From: Lingula anatina
Lineage: Eukaryota; Animalia; Brachiopoda
Reading direction: 5' to 3'
DNA: 64,000 bases
Assembly: GCA_051362555.1 (NCBI GenBank)
Contig: CM120642.1
Location: forward strand, 30,194,001 to 30,258,000
Positions 52,787 to 64,000 of this stretch are shown in pieces; position 1 is the stretch's first letter, and each line of letters starts with the position of its first letter. Under the pieces are notes generated by a model. The model had not been told where the DNA came from. It made no database searches and worked only from the letters and a program-made list of their open reading frames with translations. The translations under genes and the position numbers were made by a program.

Positions 52787-55700
52787 GAAAGAATGATAAT
52801 TATCTCCTTTGAAAAGATAGAGTCATTACTGTAATATCTTAGTTCAACAGATAGCTCTGAGAGGATTACCAGTAAAATTGCTGTCCAATATATGTTTCTT
52901 GGCATATAGATTACAGCTATTACTTATGTGAAAAATAATTTGAACTCTGCTTTGGGGACACATACAGTCTGTGCTGATTAAGAAACTTGTTCTGTAACTG
53001 CGATGACGTAAAGGAAGTAAGATTATTGTTGTTGTTAAACTGTTTCCAGGACTGGATGACGATAACAAAGAGACAAAATTACAGCACCCAAATATCGCTC
53101 TGCCATGTCTTAATATATATTAGGAGGGTTGATTGTTAGATATCAATTGTAAGGGAACTTATCAAATAAGAGAAATATTTTCTTAGGATGACATTGTTTT
53201 AGGTAGGAAATAAATTGTAATAGAGAAGTCCTTGGAAATTAGGATGTGAACAGAATGCTATGGATATGAAAATTCTTCAGTTTGGTTTGTTCTCATTCAT
53301 GTAATCTCATTTGAAAACTGTTATTGCTGTCTTACACCCCATTCTCATAGATTAGATCGACCTACATTGGATCGACCTAACTCCCTGGGGGTTCACGCTA
53401 AATAGCTGTCAGCCGGGCGGACACGAAAGTTAATTACCCCTTAAAGCTTGTAGTAGGCGGGGACGGACACTTAAGGGGGATTATCTGACAGTAATCTAGT
53501 GAGACTCCCCGCGGTGATAGATCGATCTAAAAGTTGTGAGAACAGAGCCTTAATTATGTAGTTAAAGAATTGATAGCATATATTGTAAAGTCATAGTTGT
53601 TCAAGTGAACTGAAATGGTGAAGAAATACCAAGGTGGGAGGTCTAGTACGTGTGATCGTGTTCATGCATGTGTGTTCATGCGTGTGTGTGCATGCGTGCA
53701 CCAAGGCTTAAGAAGTATGTTATAAAAGTACAGCAGAGACAATTATTGTTGGGTGGCTTAAATGAATAGATTCAAGTCTATTTTTGGTGTGGTACTGTAT
53801 CTGATATCTCATAATAGTGTCTCTCTCTATAACAAAACAGGATGTGGTACAGCAGATAAACAGCAGAACTGGGAAATAAGAGTCATTCAAAGTTCAGCTG
53901 TCATAGACAGGGGTTAGGGTATTTTTATCTAGACGTTACTTCTCACATAGCCCAAAGCTGAGACAATCTTCATGAAGAGAATGGCGTTGAGATGCAAAGT
54001 AAGCTGTTAAATTGATGCCGTGATGAATTGCAAATCATGAAAAAATTCTTGTTTTCATACCTTTCATTTTATTAATTTTAATCTTTTTAAAAAAGGCTAA
54101 AATCAAGCATTTGACAAGACCTTCCCCCCCCCCCCCCCCCACCACCACCACCACCAAAAAAAATTTTTTTTTTTTTTTTTTTTTGAAGTCAGGGTTTGGT
54201 TGTTACAGGGGGAGGTGGTGAAGTATTAACCCCATCCCCCACCCCCACTCCCCACCCACCATCCCTCCAAAAAAGTGAAATAGAAATCCATTTGCCTTAA
54301 ACTACAAGAAAACAATGGAACCTATTGTAACAGAATCCCATATGCTGTATACAGTTATAATAGTACTTCATAAAAACTTGCAATATTAATACACCGGGGG
54401 AGCAAGGCAGGTTAAAGGGTCAGGCAGAGTTTAGGGTTATTTGGTTGGTAGAATTGTATCAATCAGTCTGATCAGCTGATGTTTACTTCTCCTTAGTGCC
54501 CTGCTTTCCCTTCAGGAACCCCAGGGTTGTGCCAGTGGAACAAAATAATTACACAATGTTTTGAAAATATTTTGTTTGAAAATAATCTCCGATGTGAAAA
54601 TACTTACTTCGACTAGTTGAAAGGTCATCAAATGACTTCATGTTGAAAATGTTTTGACCAAATGTCCCATTAACCAGAGTGACTCGACACTAAACACAAC
54701 AACCCTCTTTGTATACAGAACTGTTTTAATTTGCTGTGTAACGTCTCCATGCCAATTGAGTTCATTCATTAGTTAGTTATGTATTTGTACTTTTGACAAG
54801 CAAATTTTCATTGTGAAGATGTCTAATATCTATAACTATATAAATGAATGAGATACACAAAGTTGATTTTTCATAAGACTTTATAGAACCGAATTTATAG
54901 CACATACAAACTGTAGAACTACCAGTTCCAAAGTAAAAAAAAAATCTGAAAATGCACATTGATTTAAAACCAAAGTCTAAATATCATGCCTTCCAGAGAT
55001 TCTGATTTCATGTGATAGTAAAATATTTGAGGAAGGGTAGTAATTATGTGGTCCAAATAGAATATTACATGCAATGGAGACCCGAGTACAATTATACTAT
55101 AAAAGACTATAAGATGACTAGAGGCAACCAATCATGCTGTCTTTGTTTACACTAGAAAGCTTTGCAAGTCATAACACACTGACCAGTGGTAGCCAGTGCC
55201 GGCTGGCACACTGACCCTTGCTTGACCCACAACCTTTCATGTATGCAGCAAATGGGAATTTACATTTTGATTGGTTTAGATATCAGCCTGTCAGCTGTCA
55301 ACACACTGCCCTGTGCTTGACCCTGTCCACATCTGTCACAAAACTGATTCATTGCCCCCCACCCTTCTGTATTCTTTTAGATTTTTTCCCTTCTTTATGC
55401 TTGGTTGAACACATTATCGAGCAATTGGTGATCAGTAGAGATCATAGAATGATAATACTCGTAGAGTTCAGAATTTTGAATAGGCAGACCCAGACATCAC
55501 CTGTTGTCTGATTTTGGAAAGAAAATGAGGAAAACATTCATGTGCACAGTGCTTGTGATTGATTTCTTGTTATCTGTATATTATAACTGCATTTTTGCCT
55601 AATACCCAAAGTTGTGGTGCTATTGTCATGGATATACTGTGAATGTGATGAATGTATTCCATTTTCTTTATCACCTGGAACTGCAGATAGAGTTGTGTGT

Positions 55701-56924
55701 CTAAGAAATCACTTGGGGAATTCTGAATAATGTATTCCCTTGGAGTATTCCATGTTTTATTTTAAGACTAAATCAATAAAACATGTCTTCTTCTCTTGTG
55801 TAGGAGCCATGTGAGTATATGTAAGTCACAGTTATTACCTGTGATTCAACAAACAAGTTCATGTTTTACTGGGTAATTGGCACCATTTGCTGTAATTAAA
55901 TCCATCTCTGTGGGAAATGAATCCAATTACAATGAAGCCTTTATTTTGTTTTCTTATCTGCTTTTCTTTTATTTAAGGTTGGAATGAGCTCCTCATTGCC
56001 GCCTTCTCTCATCGCTCGATCTCTGTAAAAGACGGAATCCTGCTCGCAACAGGCCTGCATGTGCACAGGAGCAGCGCACACCAGGCAGGCGTAGGCACCA
56101 TCTTCGACCGCGTGCTGACGGAGCTGGTGTCCAAGATGAGGGAGATGAAGATGGACAAGACAGAGCTGGGCTGCCTACGAGCTATAATTCTCTTTAACCC
56201 TGGTTAGTTTCCCCATGTTTTTTTCTTTCCATTTCCTTCCATTTCCTTCGGTACATTATTTCCTCAACCCCTGAGCCTTGTTTGATTTTCTTACCCTTGG
56301 TGTGTTTAGATATATTTAAATATTTCATTCAATAAAAAAAGAAATTTAACAAAAGTAATTTTGGTAAGTTAAAAATTGATTAGTCTTAGCAGATCCTGCA
56401 TAAACTCAGGTGTACCTTCAAGACTTGATAGATCTTTATTCAATATTAAAAGAAGAGGACTCAAATGGAAAGAAATGTGTTATTTTTCTATGCTCAAACA
56501 GATAATGAGTTGTGTGTTCAGGATTTGCACAATACATATCATGCGAGTTCATTAACTACATTGTAATTGTGCTTGAATGAGTGACTGTTCTTAAACCATT
56601 CCCGTAGAGCAGCTTGTACCTGAATGCATTCAAACACTCATTTTTAATATGAAATCCCTGTTGTTTGCAGATGCCAAGGGTCTCACCTCTGTGTCCCAGG
56701 TAGAACAGTTGCGAGAGAAGGTGTATGCCAGCCTGGAGGAATACTGCAGGACACAATACCCAGATGAGCCAGGACGCTTCGCCAAGCTGCTCCTCCGACT
56801 GCCAGCTCTACGAAGCATCGGCCTCAAGTGTCTGGAACATCTGTTTTTCTTCAAGCTCATCGGAGACACGCCCATCGACACTTTCTTAATGGAGATGCTA
56901 GAAAGCCCCAACCCTGTCACTTGA
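47824..56924 (+). CDS. RXR: Retinoid X receptor (NR2B), core exons; 429 aa from the ATG at 47835
   Basis: Exons 47824-48211, 48839-48996, 51690-51838, 52094-52220, 55978-56202, 56671-56924. [35 protein letters not shown]-box [15 protein letters not shown] ending [30 protein letters not shown]. Confidence 0.98.
48839..48996 (+). CDS. RXR: RXR DBD exon (P-box and second zinc finger)
   Basis: [52 protein letters not shown]. Confidence 0.97.
50749..50754 (+). other. RXR: Candidate 6-nt T-box microexon (AGGCAT)
   Basis: TTTCTTTGTTGTGTACGTGCGTAG|AGGCAT|GTAAGA; frame-preserving. Confidence 0.4.
51690..51838 (+). CDS. RXR: RXR T-box/hinge/helix 1 exon
   Basis: [50 protein letters not shown]. Confidence 0.96.
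52094..52220 (+). CDS. RXR: RXR LBD exon (H3-H4)
   Basis: [42 protein letters not shown]. Confidence 0.97.
52716..52784. repeat. (TA)n microsatellite
   Basis: Direct reading. Confidence 0.95.
53337..53549. mobile_element. MITE, family C copy 2
   Basis: Shares AACTCCCTGGGGGTTCACGCTAAATAGCTGTCA and ATTATCTGACAGTAATCTAGTGAGACTCCCC with 27466-27678. Confidence 0.75.
55212..55323 (-). promoter_or_regulatory. Pair of DR5 (RARE-type) elements in an RXR intron
   Basis: GGGTCA-agcaa-GGGTCA (55212-55228) and GGGTCA-agcac-AGGGCA (55307-55323) on the minus strand. Confidence 0.5.
55804..55810 (+). other. RXR: Candidate 7-nt frameshifting (poison) microexon of RXR
   Basis: CTTCTTCTCTTGTGTAG|GAGCCAT|GTGAGT; inclusion gives ...LLRAGAMLE*. 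Confidence 0.5.
55978..56202 (+). CDS. RXR: RXR LBD exon (H5-H8)
   Basis: [75 protein letters not shown]. Confidence 0.97.
56671..56924 (+). CDS. RXR: RXR last coding exon (H9-H12/AF-2)
   Basis: [84 protein letters not shown]. Confidence 0.98.
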
Positions 56925-59088
56925 AGAGGTGGCAGTGGAGTGACACTCCTTGTGAGTGACCCGTGTCCTTGTTAAGAACACATGGACACAGCAGGGTGTG
57001 ACAATATGTATCATACTACTAGCTAACTCCTAGATATATGTGGTTCCTGGATATGAAGGAGAGACAGAGTGAGAGATGGAAGATGAAGTGATGGTGTGGG
57101 AGAGAAGAAGGAGTTATTGATATTGTATCTTGTATTTTAGGAATATTTCTTTGCCCTTATTGAAAGGAAGAGCTCTGTCCAGTTGGACCACTGATATGGG
57201 ATAACTGGGAGACTGTATTTGTTGTAGATATGAGTAAACCCCACAGTGTAGTCCTGTGTTACACAACCACGTTACAGTACAGAGTACTGCAGTGTAGTAG
57301 CTGAGACCAGTGGCCCCGGCACCAGTTTAGGGGGAGAAGTAGGCAGTCTACAGGGTCTTATAAAAGGACCCCACCTCTCTCCGCCCTCCCCTCTCTTCCT
57401 ACCTCACTATAGTGTGAGTGTAGCTCCCTGTAGAGGACTGAAACACTTGGCATGCCACTGAGTGTTGTAGGAATGGCCACAAAATGAAACAGTTTGCCAT
57501 GCTGCAGATATCACAAGGTGGAAATTACAGAATTATAACAGTTAATGGGAGGGAGAAATACTTATGTGGTGCATTTGCATTTGGAAAAAAAATTAAGAGA
57601 GCTTGGTTAACTGGCATAACTTGTCTTTAAGTTATCTTTTTTTTTCTAATTGTAGTTATTTTATTGACTTAATTCCTGTTATAGTGTGAATGGCTCACAC
57701 TGCATCATTTACTTGTTGTTTTCCTGTTTATTGACCAATAATGAAAAGTTAAAATTTGTAAGATTTGTAAAGTGGCACTTCATTTTTAACAGGATGCATT
57801 TTCTTTACAGTAAAGTTTATTACGGGGATAGTGTAGCAGCTTTAACATTGAAAAGTTATAAAAAAATGTTCTAGAATGAATTAAAACTAAGTGGGTCTGC
57901 AATATTGTAGAACTGGTTTTAATTAAATAGTGAGAAATGAGCCCTTGATAAGTTTAAAAGGTTGCTAAAGAGCTAACTTTACTTGTAAAGTGTGTAACAG
58001 CTGCTCAGGTGTGGTGTAGAATTACATGCCGTTTATATCAAAAACAAAAGGGAAATTTGTAATTACAAGCTTATCACTAATGCAAGCCTCTCTCTTCTTG
58101 GTAGCATGAATCCTGATGGCTTGGACTTGATCTCTTCTTGTAAAGAGTCACCTGGTGGCTGGTTTAGAAAGCAGTGTCCTTGTTAATATTTAAGTATTGT
58201 CTACTTTAAAGTAGCAAAAAGTGGCAGTTGACTCTTCTAGTCTATTGTGCTTATATTATAATTGGTTCTGAGATGTATTATATGTTCATGGAAGCAGCTC
58301 CTCTTGATTACGCCACCTAGTGGTATGTGAAAGAGGGGATGTTTCTGTTGAAAAAAATGTTGTTATTGAATTTTAGGTGGAGATATTAACCAGTGTTTAA
58401 GTTACAGAATTAATGTAAAAAGTGGTGTTTTTTAAGATCTGTATTTAAACTCATTTAGCAAAAAAGAAAAAATCATGAAAAGAGATTTTTTGTCAAATGT
58501 TTTTCACATAATGTATATTTGATATGCAGCCAGATTGAGTCTGAAAATTTAATGATTTCTTTAACCTTTTGGTTAAATATAGGCTGAGATTTAACTGAGC
58601 GTAGTTCAAAAAATAGTCTGTACAAAAAATCTGCTTGAATCTAATTAGTAAAGCAAATTTGTTCACTCTTTGATTATATCTTAAAATTATTGTGGCTTAA
58701 TTTTAGACACATTGTAGAAAGATCAAGTGAAACAATATATTCATGTAGTTTTTATTGAGATGGATTTGCTATTCACACTTTTCAGTTGTTTTCCTTTGGC
58801 CATGTTCAAGTTACGTGCATTATTAAGTACAGTGCATTTATTCAAAACATAATGGTTTAATTCTTTTTTATTGGAGCCATATAGATAATTACATTATTTT
58901 GGCAGCCAGCACAGGCAAATTTAAAAAAATCTACTAGATATCCTATTCCTTCTCTTTTTAAATACACAAAAAAGAAACCAAGAGAAAATTAAATGCTCTT
59001 AGTGAACAACATGGCCAAGTTGGAGGGAAGATTTTATACAACTGTAGACTCAAATGGAAAGAAATGTGCTATTTTTCTATGTTATGTT

Positions 59089-59123
<35 letters not shown>

Positions 59124-59603
59124 GATGTAGTGTTGTGTGGAGCAAGCCAAGCTATGCTAGAAATTGGGTCACTGACCATATTTAAGACCTGTTAGTCTAT
59201 TTATAGACTTGTTTGTGCTAGTTATGACTCAGAATTTGTTCATCCAAGGTGCAGGGTTCTACATTGTTCATAAAAGTACAAGTGCTTGGGCAATGAGGAA
59301 AGTAAAAAAAAAAAAAAAGAGTTGAGTAAAATTTGAAAGGTATGTCAAAGTTTTTAATCATTTCCTTGTAGCGTTCACTTGTCCCTGCACCGGCCTTGAA
59401 GCAACTGAAGTTTTGAACTTACGAAGAAGGCTTTTTTTTCTGAAGAAAAATGCAAACCACTGCTAGGGTAGCATGTAGACAGTGACAGCCTTGTAAATAA
59501 ACATTAGACATGGGTCTGCGGTGTTGTTTCTTGTTCAAAATGTCTCTGGACGTTAATGGGATTTACAGGTATGCTCTTTGTGATCTCGTGGAACGTGCAA
59601 TTT

Positions 59604-59634
<31 letters not shown>

Positions 59635-61067
59635 CAGTTTTGGATTGTGACAAAAATCCTCCGTGACCTCTGAGCCGAGGGGAATCCGGTTTCATAAGGT
59701 GATCTTTGTTCCAATGTTTTTCTCGATGCTCGTGAATTATAACTTTGCTGTAAACCCCAAAAAGGAAAAAAAGAAGCGTGTTGAAAATACTCTTCCTTTC
59801 CTCATCTCACACCGTGATAATCATGTTATTGTGACACGTGTGCCCTTTAAACATGCACGCAGATCTACATGGTAGTGCTCGAGAGGAAAAAAATAGAAAT
59901 GGGAGGTAGCCTTTCTGTGGTCAATACACCAATATGACTTGATAGAATGCTTCACGCATACACACACGGTGTTACTTTATTAATTTTTGTTTAGTAGAAT
60001 TAATATCAGAATCAACACGTTGTAGAAAACATTTCTAAGAATTTTACAAAGACTATTACAATCATCATGAAAATACCGTGATCGGTCATCCGAGGATGGC
60101 GATGATTGCGGTAGATGAGACAGGGGAGAAAAACACATTCATGTGTATCTCCTCTGACACCAACGCTATTGAAGGCATTCTTTATTATTATGATTATTAA
60201 TAATAATAAAGTATATTCTTTATATGGTACATTCCACTGAAAATTACAATGGGCCTTACAAGTTATGAGCAAAGCATTACACTTGATAGAGATTTTGAAT
60301 GACAAAATTGAAATTGTGAGCTAAAAATACAAAAAGCTATTTAGAAATCTGAAATTATAAGTCTAAAAATTGTTGAAGGCAATTGTTTAAGAATAATCTA
60401 TAGAATGAAAGTTCGGAACGAACAGAAAATGCTTGATCAATGACAATACACTGTTCCAAAAATAAGTCTTTAAAAGTTTCTCTTATTACAGCATTTACAC
60501 TGTTCCTGTTCCCCATATTTTCAGCTTTTTTTTTCGCTTAAGCAGCATGATCTAAGAGTAAATTCAAAGTTGGAGACCTAGTAATCCGTCCCTGCTGATG
60601 TTGTTGAATGAGTTCTGAGATATAAAGGGTTTCTTTTCTGTAACTTATGTATATGTTTGCGGTTTTTACATGTTATTTTATATATACATTTTATAATATT
60701 AAAAATATGTGTAGGCAGAGATTGTGCATGTGTTTTAACAGGCGTGCGCGTGTGAATTTTTTAGAAAATAGAATTGAGCGTTATAGATGTTTTATTTAGC
60801 AGTCGAACCCTTCGTTACGTGACCAGGCCGCGACATTTTTGTTCTTTTCGACATCAGAATGTTGTTTATCATAAAAAGAAAGCATTGCAAGGGATACATG
60901 TAAGTGTGGAGCGTCAAAAGGTCAGTTTCACTGTTTACATTTCAATAAAATACCATCCGTAAGCACTCCAAAGTATGGAAAGCACATAAGATATCTAGTG
61001 CAAGACGGAACTGGGTGGTAAGGAAGTTATAAAGCTTACCGTTGCCGCGATTTCATCTCGCAACTGA

Positions 61068-61106
<39 letters not shown>

Positions 61107-61547
61107 CGCTCAATTTAAGAATTAACAACTGTTCATTTTGGCGGGAAAAGGGGGGGTTAACGACCCATACCTGCCAATGGTTAATGTAATAATCTCTTAA
61201 GAGATTTTAACGAAGAGTAGCCATCTGTGAAGGCCCACGTGGCAGAGATTCCAGAATAAGAACGATATAACCACAGCTTTGGTGGTAAAATGTCATTTAT
61301 CATACTTCTATGAGTTGTTTACAATGTATTTATTGTGAAACACATGTATAAATCTGATAAGAAGAGGTGTTTTCCCTTTAAACATGCAGTTCACCCTAGA
61401 CGCAATAAAATCCATAAGACATCAGCGGGTGATATCGCGAAGACATAAAATACTGCGGCTGTAAATGAAAGTAATCAGGCATATTCATAACAGGAAATAT
61501 TATGCTCTGTTTATTGCACCTTCATATCGGCCGTACTAGGTGACGTG

Positions 61548-61583
<36 letters not shown>

Positions 61584-62231
61584 ATAGAAGTTATATTGAA
61601 ATGTGACTCCAGCTTTACATCCACCTCCCGCCGCTACTGTATATAAAAACACCTAGTGGCATTTTATTTCTCTTTTATTTCTAAGCTGACACAACGTTAT
61701 TAGAATTTTTCAGAAAAGAAAATATTTAACTGTATGTCCATTAGAATCATAAAAAAGGCCAATAAGGGACAGAAATCCAAAATTTCATCCGGTTGTAAAC
61801 TGTGGATCCAGTGACTAGACGATCCGTTCATTTTTTTCAAATCTAACCAGTGGCTTAATATGCCTTTAATTTTCACGCGGTGATCAATACATGTGTTAAC
61901 GCTTTTATTCAAGTGCCAACTAGCAAACAATCTGAGTAAACATTCGACTTAATGATTTTCCAGAAATCACATAGTTACCGTAGTCTTCACAAGTGACCTG
62001 CCTAATCTGTCCGTATTAGTTACAGACTGGGGACCATTTTGGAAATAATCGCCACTATATAAGCATTTCATATCGAAATAACTTGACACAAGCATTTGTA
62101 ATATCTAATATAAACTTTGTAACGTATTTATCAGATCTGTGTATTTATCTGGTTCCCCTAAGATCATTTCACTGGTGGTCTTGCACTACCTTGATAGGTG
62201 CTGCAATAATCACTGTAAAGAATTGGCTGAA

Positions 62232-62265
<34 letters not shown>

Positions 62266-62794
62266 GGGAGGCGCATGTAATGTTTTCTTACTTAAAAAAC
62301 AGGTCGAATACCAAGATTTGCAACATAATTTAGCTTTAAATATTGACAACCGTTGCACTATTTCAAGAAAATATCTCTCACAGCACTAAATCATGTAGCA
62401 ATGAGCGATATAACGAATTCTTTTACAGGATAAATAAACTTATATTGCCGTTATAAATTGCACACCCGGCGGCGTCATGTAATGCGAAAAAAGGGAGTGC
62501 AAATATCAAGGAAAGCGCAGTTTTAAAACCTCAATTTCAATTTTGAGAGACACTGCCGAATCCTTTTGTGCACCTTTTAACTGTTGAAATAAATGACGTT
62601 TTTCGCTTTTTTCAGACATTAGTCGCTCTGTTGGAGACATTATACATGTATGTTGAATGAAAGTATTTTAAGATTGCTATACAAACAAAAAAAATATAAA
62701 ATACAATCATACATCGATCTTAAAATGTAATTGCAATTTAGAAACCTGCAAGCTATTAAAAAGGAGATATCTTTGGACCTCTTCCACCCCCACT

Positions 62795-62802
62795 CCCCCA
62801 CC

Positions 62803-62834
<32 letters not shown>

Positions 62835-62838
62835 CACC

Positions 62839-62870
<32 letters not shown>

Positions 62871-62890
62871 CACCAACACCACCACACACA
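62795..62890. repeat. (CAC)n/(AAC)n compound trinucleotide repeat
   Basis: Direct reading. Confidence 0.9.
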
Positions 62891-63520
62891 CATATCCATT
62901 CACATTCTCTCGTACAACATTTCCATTGCTCTTGGGAGATCATAAATGCCTTCCCTTATCAACCCTTACAACATTGTCAGTATGTACACAGCAGATTACC
63001 ACTGGCCTGGGTTTACATAGAGGCTATGTACTCCTGCTGGCTTACAACCATGGGAGAGAGAACAGCGCCAGTATTAAGACGTATTTTTAGTTAACTTGGG
63101 CCCGTTTTACTGAGTGAGATAGTGTTAGTACGATTTTTTTCACCGCAGGAGACTATTACCGATACACGACTTGCCTCAGAAGTCGTGCCGATGTGCGGAG
63201 CGATAAAGAATTTATGCTTATGGTTACACATTGTACCCGAGCGAACTCAGTGATGGTACGTTGAAAGTTAGACCGTCGCAACTGGACTAGAAATGAAACT
63301 GTATACTTCCGCTTCCCGGACATTAGGCATCATCGCAGCACACGGCTGTACGTGGTGTAGTTAAACCAGCCAGGATTTAAGTCAATATTGCACATGAATT
63401 ATTACTGGTGCTTTAAAGTGTGGCAAGGCTCATCACTTCAAAGTTAACTCGCACGGGTATATAATATATAACAATAATTTAAAGTGTGCTATTGCTGCAA
63501 CGCACGCAGCTCTATCGAAT

Positions 63521-63657
63521 ATGGTTCAGCTATCGAACGTGAAAAGTTCGTCTGCTGGAGTGGTGTTAGTGACCCTGCTTCTGAAGGTGTTAATGAACTG
63601 TGAATTCACCAAGGCGGCTGCGTTTCCAGAGGACGCTATGTCAGGACATTACCTCAG
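63521..63657 (+). CDS. First coding exon (signal peptide) of a secreted protein gene continuing beyond the right edge
   Basis: MVQLSNVKSSSAGVVLVTLLLKVLMNCEFTKAAAFPEDAMSGHYLR; AATATGG start, CAG|GTAAGT donor; CpG-rich upstream region with an ETS-like ACTTCCG at ~63305. Confidence 0.6.
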
Positions 63658-64000
63658 GTAAGTTTTACCCTCTTCCAGGGTCACAGATACATTTTTCACT
63701 AGAAATTCACAGATATCTACATGTATGACACAATTCTATGACGTGAGAAAAGTGTACGTAATTTATCTGCGTCCTTGGTAGAGGGAAGGTAAGTCCTGGT
63801 ACTTCGAATTTTGGTGTCTGGAAATGTTTTTATTTTTCTGACAAAAGCGAGACAGTGTTGACAAATGTTTCATTTTGGGGCTGATATTCTAATATTTTGG
63901 TGAGTCTGCACTTAGAACTTTGGACTCGGGACGTGTCGTGTATACGAGCTCCCTTCGTCTGAGATTACATATGTAAAACCGATGTATGAACAATAGCCGT

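Noticed and set aside
15195-59171. Four perfect RORE 11-mers as proof of circadian control
   Set aside because: A rough estimate gives 1-2 by chance in 64 kb of AT-rich DNA, so this is not convincing alone
62640-63090. Poly-T/N/V/G ORFs
   Set aside because: Trinucleotide-repeat artefacts

Overview
AT-rich, intron-containing animal genomic DNA. The RXR protein resembles mollusc/lophotrochozoan RXRs, which is an inference. Manual splicing gives five genes: (1) a minus-strand signal-peptide first exon at 398-455 whose gene runs off the left edge; (2) a 9-exon minus-strand type I membrane protein (signal peptide, CUB-like region, LDLa, 3 EGF, TM, PPxY tail; 475 aa; 3484-10701); (3) a 4-coding-exon minus-strand WD40 protein (368 aa; 11938-14076); (4) a plus-strand retinoid X receptor (RXR) with core exons at 47824-56924 and a ~32 kb upstream region; (5) a plus-strand signal-peptide first exon at 63521-63657. 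The most interesting structure is in the RXR locus: several candidate alternative first exons that all splice in phase 1 onto the A/B exon, candidate 6- and 9-nt T-box microexons, a 7-nt frameshifting 'poison' microexon in the LBD, and DR1/DR2/DR4/DR5/RORE nuclear-receptor motifs that suggest autoregulation. Introns hold many non-autonomous DNA transposons (a 2.2 kb TA-flanked element carrying a satellite, PIF/Harbinger-like MITEs, a Helentron/DINE-like element) and micro/minisatellites. Most entries in the ORF track are spurious. All splice models are read from sequence alone and lack transcript support.
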